A stretch of DNA of 64,000 nucleotides. Source: Spirochaetales bacterium (GTDB lineage Bacteria > Spirochaetota > Spirochaetia > JABEVK01). Location of the stretch: NCBI GenBank assembly GCA_947478845.1, contig CANJXC010000003.1, forward strand, positions 177,659 through 241,658. The letters run 5' to 3'. Shown in pieces: positions 28,190-37,110 of the stretch. Position 1 is the stretch's first letter; every line of letters begins with the position of its first letter. The notes under the pieces are model-generated. The model had not been told where the DNA came from and searched no databases. It saw only the letters and a program-made list of their open reading frames with translations. The position numbers and the translations under genes are program-made.

Positions 28190-28669
28190 CTATTCCGGGT
28201 AGCTCAGATTCTCGGGCTTAGGAGCCGCGACAACATCCCTTAGGTAGCGTCTGGCTTCGAACTGCGCCATCTCGAGGTTGTGGTCGCGCCAGTTGCCACA
28301 CTCGGCCGCCGAAGCTCCTGGGACTTCCCCGCGATATGCCAAGGTCCATTCGAGGAACTCCTTCACAAGGTGGACCACCTGGGCGCTGGTCAGTTGACCC
28401 TCGAGAACCATGTACAATCCCGTCCGGCAACCCATGGGTCCGAAGTACACGGTTCTGGCACCCCATTCGGCGTGCGACCGCAGAAACGTCGCCCCCATAT
28501 GCTCCAACGTGTGGATAGCAGGAATGTCGAGGACGGGCTCGTTGTTGGGCTCGGTCATGCGAAGGTCGAAGGTCGTCAAAACTGAGGCACCGAAGCGGTC
28601 GACGCGCGAAACGTACACTCCGCGCTTCAGGCGCAGGTGATCGATGCGAAAGCTGGCAATCTTTTCCAT
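28190..28669 (-). CDS. luxS: S-ribosylhomocysteine lyase
   Basis: HTLEH metal-binding motif; N-terminus MEKIASFRIDH aligns with LuxS MPSVESFELDH; AAGGAAG SD upstream. Confidence 0.9.
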   Translation of the reverse strand: MEKIASFRIDHLRLKRGVYVSRVDRFGASVLTTFDLRMTEPNNEPVLDIPAIHTLEHMGATFLRSHAEWGARTVYFGPMGCRTGLYMVLEGQLTSAQVVHLVKEFLEWTLAYRGEVPGASAAECGNWRDHNLEMAQFEARRYLRDVVAAPKPENLSYPE

Positions 28670-28686
28670 GAAACTTCCTTGTGCCC

Positions 28687-29403
28687 TCAAGAGGGCAGAT
28701 TTTTGAGCAATTCCAATACCAACCGGGAGGAGTTCTTCGAAGCCAAGGGCAGGAACTCTTCGAACTTCACAGGCGATTGCTTTCCAGCAATGTCAGAAAG
28801 TGCCCGGATGATGACGAAGGGTGTGGAAAACAAGTGGCAGGTTTGCGCAATTGCACCGCTCTCCATTTCCACGGCACACAAATCTGGAAACCTGGCCCTC
28901 AGGCGTGCCAGCACTTCTGACTGGTGAACGAAGATGTCTCCGGAGCCGACCAACCCTGTCGATTGGCCCATTTCTGCTGGAAGTTCGCCCGTTTCCTTGA
29001 GCCGCAAAAAGCACTGCAAGGTGAGCGCCACCAGCTCGGGGTCGGCAGCATAGCGAGCCGGCAAACCAGGCACCTGACCGGCCGCATAGCCGAAGGCGGT
29101 AACATCGACATCGTGGTGCAAAACCTCTGTGGAGATCACCACATCTCCAAACACTTGCCCGGCCAATAGGCCTCCGGCAGATCCAGTGTTAATGACCCTC
29201 TCAGGGCGGAAAGTTTGCAACAGAAGACTACAGCCGACCGCTGCGTTGACTTTGCCGATGCCGCACTGCAGCAAAACGACGGGCTTGTTCGCGAGTTGTC
29301 CCGTGAGGAAGGTCATACCCGCCATTGTGGTCTTTTGAACATCTCTCATCAGGGCCTTGAGAGTTTCTACTTCCGGACCCATGGCCCCAATGATCCCAAT
29401 CAT
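28687..29403 (-). CDS. mtnN: 5'-methylthioadenosine/S-adenosylhomocysteine nucleosidase
   Basis: MIGIIGAMGPEVE N-terminus, NTGSAGGL, and acidic motif typical of Pfs/MtnN; immediately upstream of luxS. Confidence 0.9.
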   Translation of the reverse strand: MIGIIGAMGPEVETLKALMRDVQKTTMAGMTFLTGQLANKPVVLLQCGIGKVNAAVGCSLLLQTFRPERVINTGSAGGLLAGQVFGDVVISTEVLHHDVDVTAFGYAAGQVPGLPARYAADPELVALTLQCFLRLKETGELPAEMGQSTGLVGSGDIFVHQSEVLARLRARFPDLCAVEMESGAIAQTCHLFSTPFVIIRALSDIAGKQSPVKFEEFLPLASKNSSRLVLELLKNLPS

Positions 29404-29460
29404 AGCCAGAGTGTAACGGGGTCTGGAAGTTTTCGCCAGAATCCACTACAAAGATGTTGA

Positions 29461-30489
29461 ATGAACTTTAGACCCCAACAGTGGACCTCACAGGTCTTTG
29501 GAATACTTTTTTCGACTTTGATTGTCAGTTGTGGTGCGCAGAATCTGGAGTTTTACCTCTACCCCCAAGCGCTTTCCGCTGGTATTGCTGAGGTGCAGTC
29601 TCAGGAGCCTCTCGGTGGACTCGAGGTTGTCGGTTACCTTCCGGACTGGAAGATCAATTCGCTCGACCCCGCGCAGGTCCGCCACCTCACCGATCTGGTG
29701 TATTTCAGTGTCGCGGTCCAAGCCGACGGAAAACTCGCTACCAAGGGCCTCACACCCTCCCACCTCAATTTCCTGCAAAAGGTGAAGCGCGAGTATGGTA
29801 TCCGAGTCATTCTAGGAATCACCGATTTCAAGTCCAACGGTTCGCTCGCCCAAGTGGCGAGTTCACCGTCTTTGCGGGTCAAGTTTGCCAAGAACCTTGC
29901 GGACTATCTGCAGCAGTTGGGCTTTGACGGAGCCGATATTGACTGGGAGTATCCCTCGAGCACCCAAATGCCCGACTACGAAAACCTCTTGTGCGAGGTG
30001 AAAATCGCTTTTTCCAAGCAGGGCTACCGCCTTTCGGTGGCCCTGAGCCCAAGCCATCCACTCACACCCATCGGGTATGAGATGGTCGACAGGGTCCATG
30101 GCATGATGTACGACGATGAAGGCAAGCACGCCACGCTGGAAAAGATTATTGTGCAGGTGGAAGCCATGATTCGTCATGGGGTTGAACCCTCGAAACTCCA
30201 GCTGGGGCTTCCCTTTTACGGGCGGGGCTACACTGCCCACGGGCCCAAATGGTCACAAGCTTTGAGCTACAAAGACCTGCAGGAGCGTTTCAGCCCCGAG
30301 CCGCAACAGGACACCGCATCGGGTTACTACTTCAATGGTCTAGACACAATCCGGCAGAAAGTACGCTATGCCAAAGCGGCAGGGTTGTCTGGTATCATGG
30401 TGTGGGAAATCGGCCAAGATACCACCGACTCCAGCAGCCTTCTCAACGCCATCACCGAAGTGCGCCAAGGTCTGACAAGGCTGAACTAA
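29461..30489 (+). CDS. Secreted glycoside hydrolase family 18 (chitinase-like) protein
   Basis: Signal peptide; GH18 catalytic motif FDGADIDWEYP. Confidence 0.8.
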   Translation: MNFRPQQWTSQVFGILFSTLIVSCGAQNLEFYLYPQALSAGIAEVQSQEPLGGLEVVGYLPDWKINSLDPAQVRHLTDLVYFSVAVQADGKLATKGLTPSHLNFLQKVKREYGIRVILGITDFKSNGSLAQVASSPSLRVKFAKNLADYLQQLGFDGADIDWEYPSSTQMPDYENLLCEVKIAFSKQGYRLSVALSPSHPLTPIGYEMVDRVHGMMYDDEGKHATLEKIIVQVEAMIRHGVEPSKLQLGLPFYGRGYTAHGPKWSQALSYKDLQERFSPEPQQDTASGYYFNGLDTIRQKVRYAKAAGLSGIMVWEIGQDTTDSSSLLNAITEVRQGLTRLN

Positions 30490-31588
30490 GTTGGAGCAAA
30501 CCCCGTTCGAATGCCGGTGGTTGCTTCAGCAAGCTGTAAACCAGCACCCCAGACTCCTGCACGTCATAGAAGTACCCTGGATGAAGCGCCAAAGTGTGCT
30601 CCTCCAGCAAATACAGCGACCACTTCTCGTCATCCCAGCCCCGGGGAAGATTTGTGAACCTGAGCAGGCCATGGATGCCTCCCTGGGCGTGGGGAGCCAA
30701 AACTCCCGGCCAAGTGTCCAGCCAGACCCCCAGGGCTTGTCGGTTGATGGCCAACAGGTCTCGCACTTCTTGCTGCCACGGGCCCATTTCGCGAAACAAT
30801 CGCGGCAGAAGTGCCTGACTGAAGCTGTTGGCCGAAAGCAAAAGGTCATTGGAGAACTCAAGCTGTTGGCACGCCTCGGTTTTCCACGCCTCGGGTCCGC
30901 TCAAGGCCATCCAAGCGAGCTTGAGGTCGGGGCTACCGAACCGTTTGCTGATGCCGTTTAACGTGACAACTTTGACTTCGGGAGAAACCTCAGCAGGGCG
31001 CGGTAGCTCGCCTTCAGTCAAAAAGGCGTCGAAAACCTCATCGAAAACGAGCACGGCCCCACGGTCCATGCAGAACTCACCCACCCGTGCCAAGTCGTTT
31101 GCCGTGTAAACCCGGCCAGTGGGGTTGTTGGGGCTAATCACTACCACCAGTTTCAACCTGTCAGGCGAACTCTGACCCCAAGAGAACGGCTGGTCGTAGA
31201 AAACAACTTTGAGGTGGGCCCGCTCCGCCAAATGTTCAAAAAGGGGGTAGCCGGGGCGCGGTAAGGCGACCACATCTCCAACGGAAGCAAAAGTGGTGAA
31301 CAGGGTCAGATACGCTTCTGAGGTCCCGGCTGTAAGAAACACATCCTGAGCAGAAACAGGACATCTCGCCGACCTGTAGAAACTGGCGATGGCTTGGCGG
31401 GCCGCCAAGGCTCCTCGGCTTTCTGGTTCGTAGCAGCGCGAGCCCAGCCATTGGTCGAACTCTTCACGCAACAGGTTTGCCCCAGGCAGGAGGCCATTAT
31501 GGTGGAAGTTAGAATCGGTGAGGTCAATAAAGCCGTCCTGGAGCCGTGCCCTGTCATAGGCCTGGCTCCAGAGGCTGGCTTCAACCAT
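30452..31588 (-). CDS. PLP-dependent aminotransferase, class I/II fold
   Basis: 378 aa; SPNNPTG and LNGISKRFG (Lys) motifs; 3' end overlaps the convergent GH18 gene by 38 nt. Confidence 0.7.
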   Translation of the reverse strand: MVEASLWSQAYDRARLQDGFIDLTDSNFHHNGLLPGANLLREEFDQWLGSRCYEPESRGALAARQAIASFYRSARCPVSAQDVFLTAGTSEAYLTLFTTFASVGDVVALPRPGYPLFEHLAERAHLKVVFYDQPFSWGQSSPDRLKLVVVISPNNPTGRVYTANDLARVGEFCMDRGAVLVFDEVFDAFLTEGELPRPAEVSPEVKVVTLNGISKRFGSPDLKLAWMALSGPEAWKTEACQQLEFSNDLLLSANSFSQALLPRLFREMGPWQQEVRDLLAINRQALGVWLDTWPGVLAPHAQGGIHGLLRFTNLPRGWDDEKWSLYLLEEHTLALHPGYFYDVQESGVLVYSLLKQPPAFERGLLQLSSALSDLGALR

Positions 31589-32390
31589 GCTCTTTAGTCG
31601 TCACAAGAACCGAATCATGGAGCAACGGCTTGGACTTTACATGGTTTTCAAAGATAGAAAACTTGGCTCCATGCGCGTCGGTCCCGGTATGGGCATTCAT
31701 CGGATCAAGGAAGGTTTTCGTCCCCGAAACGAATTGGTACAGCAAGGTTCCGGCAGGAAGGGCCAACTTTATGCCATAGTGGCCCGGCTCTTCTTCTTCC
31801 AAATAATTCGTGAAAGGGTCCCAGTTGTTGAAGTTTCCCACCAAGGCAATTTGTTGTCCTGGTTTTGAAACAAAACGAAACTCCACCTCGCCTTCATACA
31901 GCGATTCGGGAGTATGCTTGTGAGGTAAGTCTGCTGCCGTCAGGTTGAGCCGTGACAGCACGATTCCCGCGTCGTTGCGGTAACGATTCTTATTCTGTGG
32001 GTCACTCTGCCAGAGTCCATCGACGATGAGACGGTAATCCAGCGGCATGGGAGAATCGGCCGCCAGGTCGTAGACCAAAAAATAAACATTGTTTTGGTTG
32101 CGGAAGAACAGATGTTTCACACGCCATTGCTCGTGCGCAAACGCTGCTGCTACGTAACGTGGTTTTTGGTCACTCTGAAAGCTCAGCAGTACTTGGCGAT
32201 CACGAACCATGGGCGGCACGGCCTTCGTGAGGTTGTTCACCTGCAGGTGCATCCAGGTGTTGATATTCTCAGGAGCTGGAGTCGAGGGCGGCGGCAGTGT
32301 AACCGGGGCCGACGATTCTCCTTCCGAGGCAAGTAAAGGAGAAGCCAAAGCGAAGAGTATGGTCAACATCAATGTCATGAACTGTTTCAT
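31581..32390 (-). CDS. Secreted hypothetical protein
   Basis: Signal peptide MKQFMTLMLTILFALASPLLA; no recognised domain. Confidence 0.5.
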   Translation of the reverse strand: MKQFMTLMLTILFALASPLLASEGESSAPVTLPPPSTPAPENINTWMHLQVNNLTKAVPPMVRDRQVLLSFQSDQKPRYVAAAFAHEQWRVKHLFFRNQNNVYFLVYDLAADSPMPLDYRLIVDGLWQSDPQNKNRYRNDAGIVLSRLNLTAADLPHKHTPESLYEGEVEFRFVSKPGQQIALVGNFNNWDPFTNYLEEEEPGHYGIKLALPAGTLLYQFVSGTKTFLDPMNAHTGTDAHGAKFSIFENHVKSKPLLHDSVLVTTKEHG

Positions 32391-32453
32391 TCTGTTATAC
32401 TTTTCGGTGTTTTCCACAAAGGGTTGAGCGCGATTCTCCGATAAAGTAACAAG

Positions 32454-35400
32454 ATGCCCTCGCTAGAAGCTGTTGAACAGTTTAAGTCCATCGTCACGAA
32501 CCTCGCCAATGAGCCACAGATCCGCGCCAAGATGGGCCTGCCGGCCGAGGAAATCACCCCGCCCGAAGCCGGAATGTCGCAGGATTTGGCCTCACTCATC
32601 GGTGGCATGCCGACCGCTACCACTGAAGCCGACACAGCCCAAGGGCAGGGTGTCGAACTAGAGTCGGATGAGGCGAGCGAGGAGACCGGCTCGGAACTCG
32701 AGGATGTTTTTGGTTCCGAAGTTACTCCAGAGGACAGCGATGCGGGACCCAGCATGGACGACCTTTTGGGACCCGCCCAGCCCGAGGAAACCTCTTTTGA
32801 GGATCCGTTTGCCACCCCGCTCGAGACTGTTGATGACGCGGCCCAAGACCTCGGACTTGGCGGAATCGATGACGCCCTGGGCGTCGAAGAGGAAGCTTTC
32901 GGCTCGACTGCAGACCAGTCGTTTGGCGCCCCACCGGAGGTTAGCGATTTCGGCAACGATATTGCCGAACCGGGCGAGGATCTGCCCGCGCTTGACGATT
33001 TCGGAGGCTTCGAGACCCCTGAGGTACCCGACATGGGTGCAACCGAGGATGCCTTCGGCCCGCCTCCCGTTGCCAACACTTCTGACCCTAGTGGTGTTTC
33101 GGCAGACGAGGAGTTTGAGTTTGCGGCCGATGGCGAAGCCGGTGACTTCCCTGAACTAGCTGGGTTTGCCAATACCAAGGAAGAGGATGTCGAGGCCTTT
33201 GATGCCCTTGGTGTGGCCGATGAGTTTGGCCTCGGCGATTTTGAGTCGCAGTTTGGCATTACCGCCGATGATCAGGCCGACCCGGAACTCCTGAACCCAG
33301 CCCAGTCCATAGATGCGGAGATCGAGGCTGCCCAGAAGACCCTCTCTCTCACCGAAGAAGAGTTTCTCACCATCCGGCAGGTACTTGGACGCTTCCCTCT
33401 CAACCTGAGACTGGCTGTTGAAGAGGCCATCGGGGAAAAGGCCCTGGTGTTCGACGATCTCGACAAAGTAGTACGGCTTCTCACAGACCGTGCGCCGGTG
33501 CGGACCATAGCCAGTACCGTCGGCAAGATCCTCGGCCGTAAAATTGTCATACCACCCGGCTTTGAAAAAGGCACCGGCGAGCAGATCGAAGCGCGTCAAG
33601 CAACGCTCTGGTACAACATGCGCACGATCATGTTCCCCATCGTCCGCGTGTCGGTAGTAGTAACCGTCGTAGTGGCTCTTTTGGTGGTTCTGGGCTGGAA
33701 CTATCTTTTGAAACCTTGGAAAGCAAATGACCTTTACGAGAAGGGACTGGCACAAATACATCAGAACAACGGGCTCGAGGCCGATGATTTGTTTGCGCAG
33801 GCCAATTACGAGTGGCCGGCTCAAGATCGCTTCTTTCAGTTTGCCAGCGCCTATCTGGATACCGGAGACTACGAACGGGCCCGTCGGAAGTACCTGGAAC
33901 TCCTTCAGCCGACCGTCCGTCCTTTCCTCGACGAGGACAAAGCCCGCCTGAAACTGCTTTATGGCGACAAAGTTGCTCCTTTACCGAACGGCCTCAAGGA
34001 GTCGGAGGTTCCAGCCCGTCTGGCCGAAAAGAAAAAGGCTCTCGATGCCTGGTATGGCTATGTGTTCCGGCTCTTGTCAGAAGGAAAAGACAGCAGCCTG
34101 TTGCTCGATGCAGACATCAAAGGCGAGGTGCTTTGGAACAATCCTGTTGAACAGGGTTTCCTGGACCTCAGTAAGTTTGAAACCGAATACGGCTTTGAAG
34201 GCCTAGACAAGAATGCCCACTACCAACGGGCCGATACCGTGCTCGAAGCGCTTTTTTCGACTAATCCCAACCATAAGGCAGCTCTCTTGCGCAAGGGCGA
34301 CAATCAGTTGGCCTGGGCGGAAGACCTATCGTCTGCCGACCACCGCGACGGGGCCAACAACGCCTTTAGCCTGTACATGCAAGTCTACGGGAAAGACGCA
34401 CCGATCACCTGGCGTTTTGTCAAACTTTTCCTCATCGAGGACAAAGAAGAAGAGCTCCTGAGTTTGGAACAATTTGTTTTGCTCAACAAGAGATTGGCCA
34501 CCGACGGTGAGGTTGTGGCTCGTCTTGCCCAATGGCTTCTCGACAAGCACCTGACTCGCCTCGAGGAAGAAGCGACCAAGCCCGAGCGAATGCTCACCCT
34601 CGAAGAGGAATATGGCATACGCCCTGAACTGGTACGCGAAGAGGAACCGGCTCCCGTGCTTGCCGAAGCCCCCGCTGCCGCCGAAGCCCCTGCCGCGCCA
34701 GCCCCCGCTGCCGGTCATAGCGTAGCTCGGTCAGGTAGTGGCGGCGGCGAGGGTGGTGGAGGTGGTGGCGAGGGAGGTGGTGGCGAAGCCGCTGCGCCGG
34801 TTCCCTTTGACCCGCCCTACAAGTATCCTAACAGCACCGAACCGTACCGACCCGACTACCTGGAAAACCTCGAGACAATTGTTCTGCGGGCGATGGATAC
34901 GCAGAAGGAACTGCCTGAACTCCACTTCCAGTTGTCCCGCTACTACCGCGTGATTGGCGACCCGGAGCAGGAAAAAACTGCTCTGAGCGCCGCTGATACT
35001 TATTTCCTCAGGCTCAAGCCGAGGTTGCTCCAAATGAATGACCGCCCCTCGATGCAGGTGGCCACCCTCAACCGCATCGGCGAAGTGTTTGTGGCGCGTT
35101 CCGAACCCCTGCAAGGAGAGCAATACTTCCTCCAGGCTCAGGCCAGGTTTGAGCAGGACCAAAGCCTCGGCCTACTCAAGTTGACGCCGGCCACGGCGCA
35201 GGTTTATCTCAACCTCGGTAACCTTTACTACAAACAGACACCAGGTACCGCCGAGGCCGAAAAGAATCCTGGTGGCTGGGAGGAAGCTTTAAAGCTCTAT
35301 GAGACGGGCCTTCAAGGCAACATCGAAAGTCCCGAGGTCACCTATCGCATGGGGGTTATCCTCTACGAAAAGAAAGACTACGCGGGTGCGGTCAGGGAGT

Positions 35401-35984
35401 TCTTCGAGCTCGATAAGCAGGGCCTCTGGCGTGGCAACTGGAACTTGCTTTACTCGATGGCCAACGCCCTGTTTCGAAACGGCAATTATTTCGCCGCCGA
35501 AGGTTACTACCGGCAGCTGTTGGCCATGCTGTTGGACAAACGTTCACGCATCAAAGACCTCGACGTGACCACCAAACGCACCGATCGTGCACTCCTGCAA
35601 CGTATTTTCCAGGTTTGGACCAACCTAGGCGCCACCCTTTACCGGGGAGCCCACGCCTTTAAAGCTGGTACGCGAGAGTTCCGCGAGGCGCTGACCGACC
35701 TGACGACGGCTCAAGGGATGGCCATTACCCTCGGGCTAGACCTTTATGGGACCCGTAAAGAGTTTGATATCACCATGGTCAATGACTCCACCATTCAAGC
35801 CCTGCGTGATGAACAGTCGCGCATTGTGGCCCAGACCCGCAAAGACAAAGGCCTCGTAGAAGCAAATCTGAAAGTGTTGGCCCTCGTGGAAACCACACCC
35901 CCGGGGCGCCGTGGCGATCTGGTGCAAGACCTTGAAATCTTCGCCGGACTCCCCCTCGAACTGAACCAGCTCGAAGCCCCTTGA
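32454..35984 (+). CDS. Large (1176 aa) membrane-anchored TPR-repeat protein with an acidic low-complexity N-terminus
   Basis: About 280 aa D/E/A/G-rich N-terminus with recurrent FG dipeptides; single TM (IMFPIVRVSVVVTVVVALLVVLGW); TPR-like helical repeats; Gly/Glu linker GSGGGEGGGGGGEGGGGE. Confidence 0.7.
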   Translation: MPSLEAVEQFKSIVTNLANEPQIRAKMGLPAEEITPPEAGMSQDLASLIGGMPTATTEADTAQGQGVELESDEASEETGSELEDVFGSEVTPEDSDAGPSMDDLLGPAQPEETSFEDPFATPLETVDDAAQDLGLGGIDDALGVEEEAFGSTADQSFGAPPEVSDFGNDIAEPGEDLPALDDFGGFETPEVPDMGATEDAFGPPPVANTSDPSGVSADEEFEFAADGEAGDFPELAGFANTKEEDVEAFDALGVADEFGLGDFESQFGITADDQADPELLNPAQSIDAEIEAAQKTLSLTEEEFLTIRQVLGRFPLNLRLAVEEAIGEKALVFDDLDKVVRLLTDRAPVRTIASTVGKILGRKIVIPPGFEKGTGEQIEARQATLWYNMRTIMFPIVRVSVVVTVVVALLVVLGWNYLLKPWKANDLYEKGLAQIHQNNGLEADDLFAQANYEWPAQDRFFQFASAYLDTGDYERARRKYLELLQPTVRPFLDEDKARLKLLYGDKVAPLPNGLKESEVPARLAEKKKALDAWYGYVFRLLSEGKDSSLLLDADIKGEVLWNNPVEQGFLDLSKFETEYGFEGLDKNAHYQRADTVLEALFSTNPNHKAALLRKGDNQLAWAEDLSSADHRDGANNAFSLYMQVYGKDAPITWRFVKLFLIEDKEEELLSLEQFVLLNKRLATDGEVVARLAQWLLDKHLTRLEEEATKPERMLTLEEEYGIRPELVREEEPAPVLAEAPAAAEAPAAPAPAAGHSVARSGSGGGEGGGGGGEGGGGEAAAPVPFDPPYKYPNSTEPYRPDYLENLETIVLRAMDTQKELPELHFQLSRYYRVIGDPEQEKTALSAADTYFLRLKPRLLQMNDRPSMQVATLNRIGEVFVARSEPLQGEQYFLQAQARFEQDQSLGLLKLTPATAQVYLNLGNLYYKQTPGTAEAEKNPGGWEEALKLYETGLQGNIESPEVTYRMGVILYEKKDYAGAVREFFELDKQGLWRGNWNLLYSMANALFRNGNYFAAEGYYRQLLAMLLDKRSRIKDLDVTTKRTDRALLQRIFQVWTNLGATLYRGAHAFKAGTREFREALTDLTTAQGMAITLGLDLYGTRKEFDITMVNDSTIQALRDEQSRIVAQTRKDKGLVEANLKVLALVETTPPGRRGDLVQDLEIFAGLPLELNQLEAP

Positions 35985-36030
35985 TCAAGGTTCGCCTTCC
36001 CAATACCCTTCTTACTCAGGAGTTCCCCCA

Positions 36031-37110
36031 ATGACCAAATCCATCGCCGTTCTTTCGGGAGACGGCATCGGCCCCGAGGTGATGCAAGAGGCCCTTAAGG
36101 TGCTCGACAAACTCGAGAAGATCACGGGAGTCACTGTCGAAAGAACTTTTGCCGACGTGGGTGGGATAGCGATCGACAACCATGGTAAAGCCCTACCTGA
36201 GTCCACGGTGGCGACTTGCGAAGCCTCCGACGCCATCCTATTCGGCTCCGTCGGGGGACCTCAGTGGGAGAAGTTGCCGGGGCCTGAACAGCCCGAACGC
36301 GGCGCCTTGTTGCCCTTGCGCAAGCACTTTAACCTCTACGCGAATCTCCGTCCGGCCATTGTGTTCCGCGGCTTGGCGGGTGCGAGTCCACTCAAAGCAG
36401 AAATCATTGGCGATGAACTCAACGTGTTAGTCGTGAGGGAACTCACCGGCGGTCTGTACTTTGGAAAAAAGGAACGCCAAACCGACTGGGCCAGCGACAC
36501 CATGGTTTATACGCGCATGGAAATCGAGCGCATTGCCCACATCGCCTTTCAGGCGGCGCGCATGCGAGGTAAGAAACTTTGCTCCATCGACAAAGCCAAC
36601 GTCCTCACCAGTATGGTCTTTTGGCGCGAGGTCGTGACCGAAGTTTCTCAGCAGTACCCGGACGTCTCGCTCAGCCACATGTACGTCGACAATGCGGCCA
36701 TGCAGTTGGTGCGCAACCCCCGTCAGTTCGATGTCATATTGGCTGAAAACATGTTCGGCGATATCCTCTCCGACGAAGCGTCCATGATTGCAGGTTCTTT
36801 GGGCATGCTACCTAGCGCGAGCCTCGCAGGTGCTCCCGAGCCGGGAAAAGGGGCTTTTGGTCTCTTTGAACCTTCCGGTGGGTCGGCTCCCGACATTGCC
36901 GGTCAGGGAATCGCCAATCCTATCGCTCAGATTCTTTCGCTCGGATTGCTGTTCCAGTACGGTTTTGGCATGCCCGAAGTTTATGGAAGGGTCCATAATG
37001 CGGTACAGCAGGTGCTCACTCGCGGGTTTCGCACTCGCGACATCCAAACGGAGGGCACGACCCTTGTCGACACCGCCCGCATGGGCGAACTAATCACCTC
37101 CGCTCTCTGA
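36031..37110 (+). CDS. leuB: 3-isopropylmalate dehydrogenase
   Basis: 359 aa; IVLSGDGIGPEV N-terminal motif and NMFGDILSDEASMI signature. Confidence 0.92.
   Translation: MTKSIAVLSGDGIGPEVMQEALKVLDKLEKITGVTVERTFADVGGIAIDNHGKALPESTVATCEASDAILFGSVGGPQWEKLPGPEQPERGALLPLRKHFNLYANLRPAIVFRGLAGASPLKAEIIGDELNVLVVRELTGGLYFGKKERQTDWASDTMVYTRMEIERIAHIAFQAARMRGKKLCSIDKANVLTSMVFWREVVTEVSQQYPDVSLSHMYVDNAAMQLVRNPRQFDVILAENMFGDILSDEASMIAGSLGMLPSASLAGAPEPGKGAFGLFEPSGGSAPDIAGQGIANPIAQILSLGLLFQYGFGMPEVYGRVHNAVQQVLTRGFRTRDIQTEGTTLVDTARMGELITSAL

Noticed and set aside
28669-28690. luxS start at 28690 giving an ATGA-like overlap with mtnN
   Set aside because: The codon at 28690 is TTG, whereas the internal ATG at 28669 has a good SD and aligns with the LuxS N-terminus (M..SF.xDH)
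32387-33259. 290-aa Ser/Ala/Pro-rich minus-strand ORF
   Set aside because: It is antisense to the acidic N-terminus of the large TPR gene; the compositional mirror image of a D/E-rich coding strand is a known artefact
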